From an uncultured Gemmatimonadales bacterium (GTDB lineage: Bacteria > Gemmatimonadota > Gemmatimonadetes > Gemmatimonadales > Gemmatimonadaceae), in assembly GCA_963793305.1 (NCBI GenBank), contig CAWBZV010000004.1, positions 96,001 through 160,000 on the forward strand: 64,000 bases of DNA, given 5' to 3'. The position numbers and the translations under genes are program-made. Under the pieces are notes generated by a model. The model searched no databases and was not told the DNA's origin. It saw nothing but the letters and a program-made list of their open reading frames with translations. Shown one piece after another: positions 21,493 to 31,009 of the stretch (position 1 is its first letter; every line of letters begins with the position of its first letter).

Positions 21493-22435
21493 CTACCACG
21501 TCGCTAGATGCCCGACAATCACAGATCCGACAAACCGCGCGACGGGCCCGCCGCGATACTCGCGGGTCTGGGTCGTGAGCCGGAGCTCCACGGTGTACCC
21601 GAACACGCGCGTCGCGGGCCCGATGTCGTAGGACGAGGTGAATGGCAGTGCGTCGGTGTGGCTGCTCGACCGAAACGTGCTGCCGTCGAGGAAGATGTTG
21701 CGCAGCACCCAGTCCTCGTGCGCGCCCACGACGACATAGAAATCGAACGGCCGCACCGTGGTATCGCCCCACGGCGTCTCGGAATGCAGGCCGAGGCGCC
21801 CGCGCGCGCCGACGCTCGTGCCCGTGCGCACGTTTCCGATGGCCGCGTTCCAATCGGGCGCGAGCTCGAATGACAACCCGTGCGGGAGCGTCGACTCGAG
21901 CAAGAGATACTGCTCGCCATAGCGCACGATGAGCCCAGGCTCGAACGTGAGCTGATTGCGCCAGCCAGGTACGGGGGGCCCGAGTCGCGTGATCTCGTGG
22001 AAGGTGTTCTGCACCCATCCCGCGAGGGACTGCGGACCGATCACGCCCAGGTCGGCGCTGAACGAGCGGAATCGTTCGCCGGACGTGGTCGAACGTCATG
22101 AGCTCGCCGTACAACCATCCCGCGTACGGCCGCTGACCAGGACCAGGATCAACAGGGTATCGCGTCGGTGTGTAGATCTCCTGCCCGAACGCGAATTGCT
22201 GCGAGGCGGGGGACTCGCCATCCCGCGACGAGCCGAGTATCTGGGAGAACAACTTCCACGGGTGCGCGATGCCGGACGTTATCCGGAGACCCTGGGTATA
22301 ATTGTCATCCGACCGTCGATGCGACGGCACCCAGACCGCGAGATTGCCATTGTCTTCCTGCACCGACCATTGCGCCATCCCAACGCTCGGGACGATCAGC
22401 AATGCGCAACATATCAGTCGGTCCAGTCGACGCAT
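21493..22435 (-). CDS. Lipid A 3-O-deacylase LpxR (DUF2219) family protein (frameshift near 22085)
   Basis: Signal peptide; DDNYTQG, GQEIYTP and RPYAGWLY in one frame, GVIGP, GWRNQL and RNIFLDG in the next. Confidence 0.8.
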
Positions 22436-22477
22436 TTTCCGCCTACGTGCAAGCGTTCGGTCGATAGAAGTCGACGC

Positions 22478-23582
22478 TTACGGAATAGGTTCCTCGGCGA
22501 ACGCTCGCCAGCGCGCCGCACGAATGCGCTCGCCATGCTCATCCAGTTTCGGTGGTGGATAACGTACAGCGCCCGGGACACTTGGGCTCACGCCCGAAAG
22601 CGGCGAGCACTCAACGTCCCGTAACGATTCCAAAACCGATTTGACAACTCCGTTCGGAACGCCGGCTCGGTCGAGCCGTTCGATCCAGTCGGTCGCCGAT
22701 CGCTCCCGGAGCCGTGTCGCTATCGTCTCGACAATGCGCGCTCGCTGCTCGAGCCGCCCCGCGTTGGTCGCGAGGTCGGCGTCGGCCGCCAGGTCGCCGA
22801 GCTGCAACGCTTCGGCGCATCGCTTCCATTGGGCATCGCTGCCAACGGCCAGCACGATCGGCCGGTCGGCGGTCTCAAAGAGTTGATACGGCACGAGATT
22901 GGGGTGGGCATTCCCCCAGCGCTCGGCGTCCGTCCCACTCACGAGCGCGTTCTGCGCGACGTTGACCAGCGCGGCGGCGGCGCTGTGGGCGAGCGAGATG
23001 ATGATCCTCCGTGGGCCCGACGTGCGACCGACCAGTGCGCCCAAGATGGCGATGGCGGCGTCTTTGCCGGCGATGACGTCGGCGAGCGCGACGCCCACTT
23101 TCATTGGCTCGCCATGGCGCTCTCCGGTTATGGCCATCCATCCGCGTTCGGCTTGCACCGTAAAGTCGTAGCCCACACGCGAGGACTTTTCACCGAACCC
23201 GCTGATCGTGCACCAGAATGAGGCGCGGGTACTGTTCGAGGATCGTGTCCGGGTCCAACCCACGACGGGCCAAGGCGCCAGGGAGAAAGTTGTCGACGAC
23301 GACATCGGCTTGAGACGCGAGCTCGCGGACTAGCGCCTGATCAGCCGGGTCGTCGAGGTCGGCTGCTACACTCCATTTGTTTCGGTTGACGCTGAGGTAG
23401 TAGGCGCTCTGACCTCGAGCGTCGAAAGGGGGTCCCCATCCGCGGGTATCATCCCCCATGCGCGGGCGTTCTATTTTGATGACATGGGCGCCCATGTCGC
23501 CGAGCATCATAGTACAGAGAGGGCCAGCGAGCACCCTCGTGAGATCGAGTACTTTGATCGAACTGAGATATAACTGATTCAT
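22478..23582 (-). CDS. CaiB/BaiF family III CoA-transferase (frameshift near 23218)
   Basis: VLDLTRVLAGP, NRNK and DNFLPG, continuing as WCTISGFG...GYDF...GNAHP...PPPKLDEH. Confidence 0.9.
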
Positions 23583-23665
23583 TACTGTTGCTATAGAGTC
23601 GTAGCTTTCATGGCAATTCGGCTATGATCGGCATGCTTGCCGCTTGGGCCTCGAGGGAGCGCCGC

Positions 23666-23693
23666 TTGCGTAGATGACGAACAATCATATACT
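23666..23693 (+). promoter_or_regulatory. Putative sigma70 promoter
   Basis: TTGCGT-16 nt-TATACT, about 40 nt upstream of ATG 23736. Confidence 0.5.
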
Positions 23694-23735
23694 TACCGCC
23701 GCGCGTGGGTCTTAACCACACGGAGCACGCTATTC

Positions 23736-24374
23736 ATGGCGGATAAGCCGCATATACCTGACGCGAAATCCTCAGCGGACCCAGCCGCGTCGACGACCAA
23801 CTCGTCGACTCCGGTGGCGCCGAAGCGCAGTCCCGGCCATCGGGGCGCCGACGTTCGGGATACTGTCGCCGAAATGGCGGCCAAAGCTCAGGAGATCAGT
23901 CAGGAAGCCGGCAGCAAAATGGCAGCGGCCATGCGCAATGTCATCAGTGCCGCGGCCGGCATGTCCACGTTTGCCGCGGATTCCGCGCGCGACCTTGTCC
24001 AGTATATGGTGCGGCGTGGGCAGATGACGCAGGAAGAGGCCGACAAGCTCATCCGCGAGGCCGAGGAGGCAGCGGCGAAGCGCAATGTGAACCTGCCGCC
24101 GCCGCCGTCAAAGGTGCCGAAGCCGCCGCCACCACCACCACCGGTTGCGGTGATCTCTGCGCCGGTCGCGATGGTGCCAACTCCGGCCATCCATCACCCG
24201 GTTCCCGTCGTCAAGCCCGCACCGCAACCTGCGCCCGCGGTAGCGAAGCATCCCGCTCCCGTGAAGAAAGCGGCCGCACCCGCGCCCGCGAAGCACGTGC
24301 CCCCGCGGCCGGTCGCGAAGAAAGCAGCGCCGGCGAAGGCAGTCGCGAAGAAGAAACCGGCGAAAAAGCGCTAG
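23736..24374 (+). CDS. Phasin-like protein with Pro-rich linker and histone-H1-like Lys/Ala tail
   Basis: DLVQYMVRRGQMTQEEADKLIRE helix; PPPPP; AKKAAPAKAVAKKKPAKKR. Confidence 0.65.
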   Translation: MADKPHIPDAKSSADPAASTTNSSTPVAPKRSPGHRGADVRDTVAEMAAKAQEISQEAGSKMAAAMRNVISAAAGMSTFAADSARDLVQYMVRRGQMTQEEADKLIREAEEAAAKRNVNLPPPPSKVPKPPPPPPPVAVISAPVAMVPTPAIHHPVPVVKPAPQPAPAVAKHPAPVKKAAAPAPAKHVPPRPVAKKAAPAKAVAKKKPAKKR

Positions 24375-24382
24375 CGATCAAG

Positions 24383-24407
24383 AGGCCAGCTCGCCGCTGG
24401 CCTTTTT
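24383..24407 (+). terminator. Intrinsic terminator
   Basis: AGGCCAGC-TCGCC-GCTGGCCT followed by a T run, just after stop 24374. Confidence 0.8.
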
Positions 24408-24525
24408 ATCGAGAGGGTGACAATCGCACTTTGACGCGCACCGTCGATCCTGCGACTTTGTCCGTATGCCTCAATCATCGCAGGGGGAGGGTAGTATTTT
24501 TGGTATTCCTCTAAGAAGAGGCGGC

Positions 24526-24768
24526 ATGACGACGTATACGGCAATCGTCGAACGCGACCCAGATACTGGACTATACGTCGCCTATATCCCGGGATGGCCG
24601 GGGGCACACACGCAAGCGGCGACCCTCGATGAGCTACAGCAAAATTTGCGAGAGGTCGTCGAGCTCCTTCGCGAGGACGGCGAACCAGAGCTCGAAGCCG
24701 AGTTTATCGGCACCCAGATCGCACGGGATGTCCGGCTGACAGTGGAGGAGTTGCTCGCGGCCAAGTAG
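24526..24768 (+). CDS. hicB: HicB family antitoxin with a HicA-like C-terminal tail
   Basis: MTTYTAIVERDPDTGLYVAYIPGWPGAHTQAATLDELQQNLREVVELL; GAGG RBS. Confidence 0.85.
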   Translation: MTTYTAIVERDPDTGLYVAYIPGWPGAHTQAATLDELQQNLREVVELLREDGEPELEAEFIGTQIARDVRLTVEELLAAK

Positions 24769-24803
24769 CAGTCGGCCAGCACGTCGAGCACGCGCGCGCG
24801 AGA

Positions 24804-25898
24804 TCAACGCGTTGTGGGTAAAGGCCTGTGAGAGGTTGCTGAGGAACTCTTCGGCTGCTTATACTCGAACCGCTGCCCACGGAAATTCCGGAAGACCACG
24901 CGGTCGTCCGTGATCTCCTCGACGTACTCGGGGAGCAACGGCACCTTGCCGCCACCGCCCGGTGCGTCGATCACGAAATGCGGGACCGCGAGCCCCGAGG
25001 TCCAGCCGCGGAGCGCCTCGATGATCTCGAGCCCCTTCTGCACCGTCGTGCGGAAGTGCTCGCCGCCGGCGACCTGGTCGGCCATGTAGATGTAATACGG
25101 CCGCACGCGCGCCTTGAGCAGCGCGTGCATGAGCGCCTTCATCACGACCGGGTCGTCGTTCACGCCCTTGAGCAAGACAGTCTGACATCCGAACGGGACG
25201 CCAGCCTTCGACAGGCGATCGAGCGCCGCCACGGCCGCCGGCGTGAGCTCGTCGGGATGATTGAAGTGCGTGTTCATGAACACGGGATGGTACTTCTGCA
25301 CCATCTCGCAGAACTCGGGCGTGATGCGCTCGGGCAAATGCGATGTGATTCGGCTCCCGATACGAATAATCTCGATATGCGGGATCGCCCGAAGCTGCTG
25401 AAACAGATACTCGAGCCGGCGATCCGAGAGCATCATGGGATCGCCACCGCTCAGAATGACGTCGCGGATCTCCGTGTGCTCCCGGAGATACGCAAACGCC
25501 GAGTCGTATTGATTGAGCGGAATCTTCTCCGGATCGCCGACTTTGCGGCGCCGGGTACAAAAACGGCAATATGACGCGCAGACGGGACTGACGAGGAAGA
25601 GCGCGCGATCGGGGTAGCGATGCGTGATGTTCGGTACCGGCGAGTCGGCATCCTCGTCGAGCGAATCGACGATCCCGTCGACGATATCCAATTCTTCGAC
25701 CGTCGGCACATACTGACGCCACATGGCGTCGCCCGGCGTTTTGATGAGATCAAGCGCGGCGGGCGTGATCCGCATCTGGAAATTGTCGAACGCAGGACCG
25801 AGAGCAGTCACGTCGATCTGCTCCGAGCCGAACCGCTCGGCGAGCTGCGCGAGCGTCGCGACGCTCCGATCCTTCAAGATCTGCTGCCAATCACTCAT
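24804..25898 (-). CDS. KamA family radical SAM / PLP lysine 2,3-aminomutase
   Basis: THRYPDR, CASYCRFCTRRR, SGGDP, THFNHP, RPYYIYMAD and DAPGGGGKVP (PLP Lys). Confidence 0.92.
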   Translation of the reverse strand: MSDWQQILKDRSVATLAQLAERFGSEQIDVTALGPAFDNFQMRITPAALDLIKTPGDAMWRQYVPTVEELDIVDGIVDSLDEDADSPVPNITHRYPDRALFLVSPVCASYCRFCTRRRKVGDPEKIPLNQYDSAFAYLREHTEIRDVILSGGDPMMLSDRRLEYLFQQLRAIPHIEIIRIGSRITSHLPERITPEFCEMVQKYHPVFMNTHFNHPDELTPAAVAALDRLSKAGVPFGCQTVLLKGVNDDPVVMKALMHALLKARVRPYYIYMADQVAGGEHFRTTVQKGLEIIEALRGWTSGLAVPHFVIDAPGGGGKVPLLPEYVEEITDDRVVFRNFRGQRFEYKQPKSSSATSHRPLPTTR

Positions 25899-26395
25899 GC
25901 CGCACCAAACCGTTTGGTGTACAACACCCGATCGTCGTCCGCGGCGTAGAAGCTCTGCACCCGAGCCGCCTCGGCGTACCCGCGCTTCTCATAGAACGCG
26001 CGAGTGGACGCATACGAGGGGCGTCCCGACGTTTCCACGATCAGCATCCGCGCGTTCCACGAAGCGAGGCGAGACTCGACGTCGGCCATGAGCGCGCCCC
26101 CGATGCCGTGGTTTTGGTGCGCGGGATGCACCGCGATCCAATAGAGGTCGTACCCGCGATCAGTGCCGAGCGTCGGCCCGAAGCAGACATAGCCAAACAG
26201 TCGCGCCGGATCCGTCGGATCGAACGCCCCGAGGAAGATGTAGTCGGGATCGCCGTCGCCCTCGTCGGGCGGGAAGGCATCGTCGAACACCTGCATCGCG
26301 ACCTCGGTCTCGGCGGCTGAAAACGCCCCGGTTTCGAGGACGAGTTTCTCCAACGCCTCACGATCAGACCGTCCGAGCGACCTGGCTGGCGTCAC
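25895..26395 (-). CDS. GNAT family N-acetyltransferase
   Basis: YDLYWIAVHP..QNHGIG, ETSG..Y..TRAFYEKRGY; overlaps both neighbours by 4 nt. Confidence 0.9.
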   Translation of the reverse strand: MTPARSLGRSDREALEKLVLETGAFSAAETEVAMQVFDDAFPPDEGDGDPDYIFLGAFDPTDPARLFGYVCFGPTLGTDRGYDLYWIAVHPAHQNHGIGGALMADVESRLASWNARMLIVETSGRPSYASTRAFYEKRGYAEAARVQSFYAADDDRVLYTKRFGAA

Positions 26396-27429
26396 CCGTT
26401 CGCCAGCGCGAGATCGACGCCGGAGAGCCGCTGCGTGAGCGTCCAGTCATCGGCCCGCACGCCGTCGCGCGCCGCCAGTGCATGCGTCGCGATCAGCCGC
26501 ACGAGCGCCGGATAATCGAGACCGGCTGCCAGCGCCATCCTCGAAAGACCGGCACCCGGACTGGCGTCGGGGTTGGCATTCACCTCCAACACCCACGGAC
26601 GCCCGTGCCGGTCTATGCGCATGTCGACCCGGCCGTATCCTGCGCCACCCACGGCGCGCCACGCGGCGAGGGCAATCGACCCGATCTCGGCCGTCAACGC
26701 GTCCCCGAGATCGGCCGGGCATCGCGGCGCGGCGCCCAAGTCCTCGTCCGACCCGGTGACCCACTTGGACCGATAGGAGACGATACGCCACAGACCGCGC
26801 GGCATCGACGTGAAATCGACCTCGGCGATCGGCAGTACCTGGTTGCCGACGATGCCGACGTTCACCTCGCGGCCGTCGATGTAGCGCTGTACGAGCACCT
26901 CGTCCCAACACTCGTGCATTGCATCGACCCGTTCGGCCAGCGCGCGCGCCGTGCGAACCACCGACCGCTGCTCGACGCCAAGCGACGCGTCCTCGGCCGC
27001 CGGTTTGCAAATCGCCGGAAAGCCAACGGCCGGCAGACCCGTGCCGCCATCGCGACGGACGATCGCCCACCGGGGGACCGGCAGCCCCGCACGGTCGAGC
27101 ATCGTGTTCACGAGATGCTTGCGGAGGCAGAGGGTCGTGGTGGCCGAGGAACTGCCGGTGTATGGGAGCCCCATGAGCTCCAGCGCCGCGATCACCGCCG
27201 GCTCGAGCGCGGCGACGCCGTCGACGCCCTCGCACAGATTGAACGCGAGATCGAACTTCGCCTTGCGGACACGCTCCATCCATCGCGCATCCGGGTTGAC
27301 CGGAATCCGCACGGCCTCGTGGCCGTCCTCGGCGAACACCTGCTCCACCGCCTCGACCGCCTCGAGGATCAGCATGTCGGGCGTTTTGCCGAGCGCCGAG
27401 GCGCCGTCGAAGAGGATCGCGACTTTCAT
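26392..27429 (-). CDS. Ddl-like ATP-grasp ligase (non-canonical) 2
   Basis: FNLCE, PYTGS, KPAAEDAS.G, GREVNV, GYGRVDMR and LEVNANP. Confidence 0.88.
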   Translation of the reverse strand: MKVAILFDGASALGKTPDMLILEAVEAVEQVFAEDGHEAVRIPVNPDARWMERVRKAKFDLAFNLCEGVDGVAALEPAVIAALELMGLPYTGSSSATTTLCLRKHLVNTMLDRAGLPVPRWAIVRRDGGTGLPAVGFPAICKPAAEDASLGVEQRSVVRTARALAERVDAMHECWDEVLVQRYIDGREVNVGIVGNQVLPIAEVDFTSMPRGLWRIVSYRSKWVTGSDEDLGAAPRCPADLGDALTAEIGSIALAAWRAVGGAGYGRVDMRIDRHGRPWVLEVNANPDASPGAGLSRMALAAGLDYPALVRLIATHALAARDGVRADDWTLTQRLSGVDLALANG

Positions 27430-28550
27430 GCGGCCCCCCGCGCGGCAAATCGCACGGCGCTCCGGAGCGGGATACCCTGACGCTGCGCCGCCAGCATCGA
27501 ACAGGTCTGAATCAGCTCGTCGTACGACATACCCGCGGCCCGCGCGGCTTTCGGGAAGCAGGAATTATCTGCCGGGTCTGGAAGAATGCCCGGGAGCGGA
27601 TTGATCTCAACGACGCACGGGACGCCATCGGCGTCGAGCCGGACGTCGACGCGCGACCAGTCGCGGCAGCCGAGGACGCGGTATGCGGCCAGCGTGACGC
27701 GCTCGATCTCGAAGCGGAGCTGGTCGTCGATCGGCGCCGGGCAGGCAAAGATGTCGAGCGGATGGTCGGGGCGATCCCAGAGCCACTTGGCTTCGAACCC
27801 GTAGATCGGGAGCGCACCAGCCGGCAGCGCGCTGAAGTCGATGCCGACGATCGGCAGCACCTGAGCATTGCCGCCGTTGCCGAGCACCGCGCAGGTGAAC
27901 TCATCGCCGGGCAGATACTCCTCGACGAGTACGGGCTGCGTGTACTTGTCGAGCAGGAACCTGACCTGAGCGTCGAGCTCCGCCGGAGTCCGGCAGAGGT
28001 TTCGCTCAGTGATCCCCTTTGACGATCCCTCGTGCAGCGGCTTCGCGAACAGCGGGAAGCGGAGGCGGCGAAGACGCGTGAGACCGCCCGACAGGTCGTC
28101 GCCGTGGTTGACGACCTGGAACGCCGCGGTCGGGATGCCGTGGTACGACAGGACCTCCTTGGTCCGCGCCTTATCCAGGCAGAGGGCCAAGGTGAACGGG
28201 TCGCTGCCCGAGTAGGGAATTCCATAGAACTCGCAAATCGCCGGCACCAGCGCCTCGCGATTCGCCCCACCCAGTCCTTCGACCATGTTGAACACGATGT
28301 CGGGGCGCGTCTCGCGCAGCCGCTCCGGGAAATCCATCGTGGCCTCCAGTCGGACTACCTCGCCGAGCGCCGAGAGGGCGTGCTCGACGGCATCGATCGT
28401 CTGCTCGTCGTCCCACTCCGCGAACTCATCGTCGGGTTCGCCCAGACTGGGAGGTTCCTCGGCCCGCGGGTCTCCTTCGTCCTCACCCGCTGGTACGAGC
28501 ATCGCTTCGGCGTCAGGCTTTTGATTGTACGTGAATCCGATTCGCGTCAT
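27426..28550 (-). CDS. Ddl-like ATP-grasp ligase (non-canonical) 1
   Basis: AEWD, FNMVEG, PYSGSD, KPLHEGSSKGI, RVDVR and EINPLPG. Confidence 0.88.
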   Translation of the reverse strand: MTRIGFTYNQKPDAEAMLVPAGEDEGDPRAEEPPSLGEPDDEFAEWDDEQTIDAVEHALSALGEVVRLEATMDFPERLRETRPDIVFNMVEGLGGANREALVPAICEFYGIPYSGSDPFTLALCLDKARTKEVLSYHGIPTAAFQVVNHGDDLSGGLTRLRRLRFPLFAKPLHEGSSKGITERNLCRTPAELDAQVRFLLDKYTQPVLVEEYLPGDEFTCAVLGNGGNAQVLPIVGIDFSALPAGALPIYGFEAKWLWDRPDHPLDIFACPAPIDDQLRFEIERVTLAAYRVLGCRDWSRVDVRLDADGVPCVVEINPLPGILPDPADNSCFPKAARAAGMSYDELIQTCSMLAAQRQGIPLRSAVRFAARGAA

Positions 28551-28619
28551 CCGGTCCTTGCGTGCGTTGAGCCTCGTGCGACCGACGAGCAAGAGCGATG
28601 CCAGTTACGAATTGGCGGG

Positions 28620-28648
28620 AGTATACCGGTCGCGAATTTGTAGCGCAA
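28620..28648 (-). promoter_or_regulatory. Putative sigma70 promoter of the ATP-grasp/KamA operon
   Basis: Minus strand TTGCGC-17 nt-TATACT, about 70 nt upstream of ATG 28550. Confidence 0.6.
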
Positions 28649-28726
28649 TGACCTTTATCACGCGCGCGGCGAAAAAGTTCGCGATGTGCGCGAGAGTCTC
28701 GCGATATGCGAGGCGTCGAGGCTCGG

Positions 28727-29476
28727 TCAGACCTTGTGATAGCCGACGCGCGCGGCTTCGCGACGGTCGCTCGCGTCGTAGATCTCGAAGTCGGAGAAGA
28801 ATCCCGGCGCTTCTTCCCGGAGCAGCTTGAGGACCGCGACGGCCATCCGACGAATTTCCAGATCGGCGCCCTCACCGGCCCGGAGCTCCAGCATCGTCCG
28901 CCAGGCGCGGGCGTTCGCGGTGACCACGATCTTCGTCTCCGTCGAGTTCGGGAGGACGCCACGCGCCGCTTCCCGCGCCATTTTCCGCCGGTGCACGCGC
29001 TCCGGGATCCACGCGTACTGCTCCATGAGCTCCCCGACGAGCTGCACGTACGCGGCCAGCGCCCGATCGATCTCGCCTTTCCAGGTTTTCTCCAGCGCCT
29101 CATCGCCAAGAATTGCCGGAGGGACGACAAACGCGGCGTCCGACTCGTCCACGTACCGCTGGCTGAGTTGGGAATACGCGAATCCCGCTCGGTGGCGCAC
29201 CAGCTCGTGGGTGAGCGAGCGGCTCACGCCTTCCAGGAGCATCGTGTAGTTGGCGTGCTCCAGGACGCTGCCGTGTCCCTGCCTCTTAATGTTCTCGAGG
29301 TAGTCGCGCGTGCTGCGGCCGGCGGGATTCGCCTGACTCATGTAGCACAGCCGGCCGGCAAACTCGGCGAGCCGCTCGCCGTCCGTGCTCGGGCCCAACC
29401 AGTTGACCTCGAGGTGCTCGGGCGCCGAGAAGCTGGGCCGGGCAAGCATCGTCACGATCGGAGCGCGGTAGAGCAC
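28727..29476 (-). CDS. thyX: FAD-dependent thymidylate synthase
   Basis: GHGSVLEH, THELVRHR...SQLSQRY and REAARGVLP. Confidence 0.95.
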   Translation of the reverse strand: MLYRAPIVTMLARPSFSAPEHLEVNWLGPSTDGERLAEFAGRLCYMSQANPAGRSTRDYLENIKRQGHGSVLEHANYTMLLEGVSRSLTHELVRHRAGFAYSQLSQRYVDESDAAFVVPPAILGDEALEKTWKGEIDRALAAYVQLVGELMEQYAWIPERVHRRKMAREAARGVLPNSTETKIVVTANARAWRTMLELRAGEGADLEIRRMAVAVLKLLREEAPGFFSDFEIYDASDRREAARVGYHKV

Positions 29477-29479
29477 GGA

Positions 29480-31009
29480 TCAGGAATTCTCCGCAAGAAG
29501 AGTGAGCCGCGGCGTGGCGTAGGCCCGCTCGCGTTCCACGCGCGCGAGCGCACGCGCCGCGGCCGGGGGCGGCGGCGGGAGCGCGGGGTCGTACTTGATG
29601 TCGCCGAGCGGTTGTTGGCCCGGCAACGGGACCTTCACGCCCGGATTGAGCCGGTGGTCGGGATCGAACCCGCGCTTTACCTCAGCGAAAGCTGCGAGTG
29701 TCTCCCATTGGTGCCAGACTGTGTCCAATAATGGCGTCCGCAGGCGGCCATCGCCGTGCTCGCCCGTCAGCGTTCCGCCGAGTCGGGCGGTGAGCGCCGC
29801 GACGTCGGCGAGCAGCGCGGCGACACGGTCGCGCCAGGATCCGTCGCGGACGTTGATCAGCGGATTGACGTGCACGTGCGCGTCGCCCGCGTGGCCGAAG
29901 ATCACCCCGCGTACGCTCTGATTCGCCAACGCCGTCCGTACGCCCCGCACATAGTCAGCCAGTCGCGCCGGAGGGACGCAGCCGTCTTCGATGAACTGCA
30001 TGGACTTCAAGCCCGGATCCAGCCGATTCAATATGGGGCTGGCCGCGTGTCGCAGCTCCCAGAGTGCGCGCTGCGCCTCCGGCTCGCGCGCAATATCCAC
30101 GCGGGTGGCTTCCGCCAGATCCAGACCGGAACGCGAGGACTCGAACTCGATCAACAACACTGCTTCAGTCCCGGCCGGACATTCGGCTCGGGCGAAATCC
30201 AGGAAAGTCTTGTCGAGCAGCTCACAGGCCGCGGCTCCAGCCTCGCGGGCGACCGTGGCCCCATTGACCGCCGTCTCCAGCGTTGGGAATGCCGCGAACA
30301 TGCTGGTCGTTGTCGTTGGACGGGGGTCGAGGGCCAATTCAATCCCAACGAAGAAAGCGAGCGTCCCTTCGCTCCCGACCAGCAGGTCAATGAGATCGCC
30401 GCCCAAATAATACCCCGACGAATTCTTGCGCACGGCCAGTCGCTCCGTCTCGCTCCATTGGTGCGGCACGCCCCGCTGAATCACCTCACGCCGGCCGTCG
30501 GCGAAAACGCAGTCGAGCGCTGTGACCCACGGGCGCATTGAACCATGACGGAGCGAGTGGGCGCCCGCGGCATTGGTCGCGGTCATCCCGCCGATGGTGC
30601 AAAACGCTCCACTCGATGGATCGACCGGAAAGCGGAGTCCAGCGCCAGCAGCCGCGGCATCGACCCGAGCGCGGATCGCACCTGGGCCAACCATTATGTG
30701 GCCTTGAGCAACAGGGCCGATCGTGTCCAGCCGACCCAGATCGACAATGACACCGTCGCCGACCGCACCGCCGGACATGCTGCTCCCCGAGCCGCGGGGA
30801 ATCAGCAGCGTACCCGTCTCGTGGGACCAACGCGCGAGGGCGACGACGTTGGCCGCGTCAACGGGGACGGCGATCGCGAGCGGCGTCGCGCGGGCGATGC
30901 CAGCCGCCTCGGCGTACACCGCCCGGGCATCCAGATCATCGCGAAACACCCCGCGAAATTCAGAGGGCGGTCGGAGTGGGTGGATCAACGGTATAGTCGT
31001 AGAATCCAC
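29480..31009 (-). CDS. FAD-binding oxidoreductase (GlcD/D-lactate dehydrogenase-like); start uncertain
   Basis: PRGSGSSMSG, DPSS...TIGG, GSEGTL, GHAGD..H, GEHGDG and LNPG. Confidence 0.88.
   Translation of the reverse strand: MDSTTIPLIHPLRPPSEFRGVFRDDLDARAVYAEAAGIARATPLAIAVPVDAANVVALARWSHETGTLLIPRGSGSSMSGGAVGDGVIVDLGRLDTIGPVAQGHIMVGPGAIRARVDAAAAGAGLRFPVDPSSGAFCTIGGMTATNAAGAHSLRHGSMRPWVTALDCVFADGRREVIQRGVPHQWSETERLAVRKNSSGYYLGGDLIDLLVGSEGTLAFFVGIELALDPRPTTTTSMFAAFPTLETAVNGATVAREAGAAACELLDKTFLDFARAECPAGTEAVLLIEFESSRSGLDLAEATRVDIAREPEAQRALWELRHAASPILNRLDPGLKSMQFIEDGCVPPARLADYVRGVRTALANQSVRGVIFGHAGDAHVHVNPLINVRDGSWRDRVAALLADVAALTARLGGTLTGEHGDGRLRTPLLDTVWHQWETLAAFAEVKRGFDPDHRLNPGVKVPLPGQQPLGDIKYDPALPPPPPAAARALARVERERAYATPRLTLLAENS

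Noticed and set aside
24804..25898. EpmB (EF-P modification)
   Set aside because: No efp or epmA is adjacent; the gene is embedded in the ATP-grasp operon.
26392..28550. Vancomycin-resistance or housekeeping ddl genes
   Set aside because: They lack the Ddl/Van N-terminal motif, and there is no vanH/vanX/vanRS or mur/fts context.
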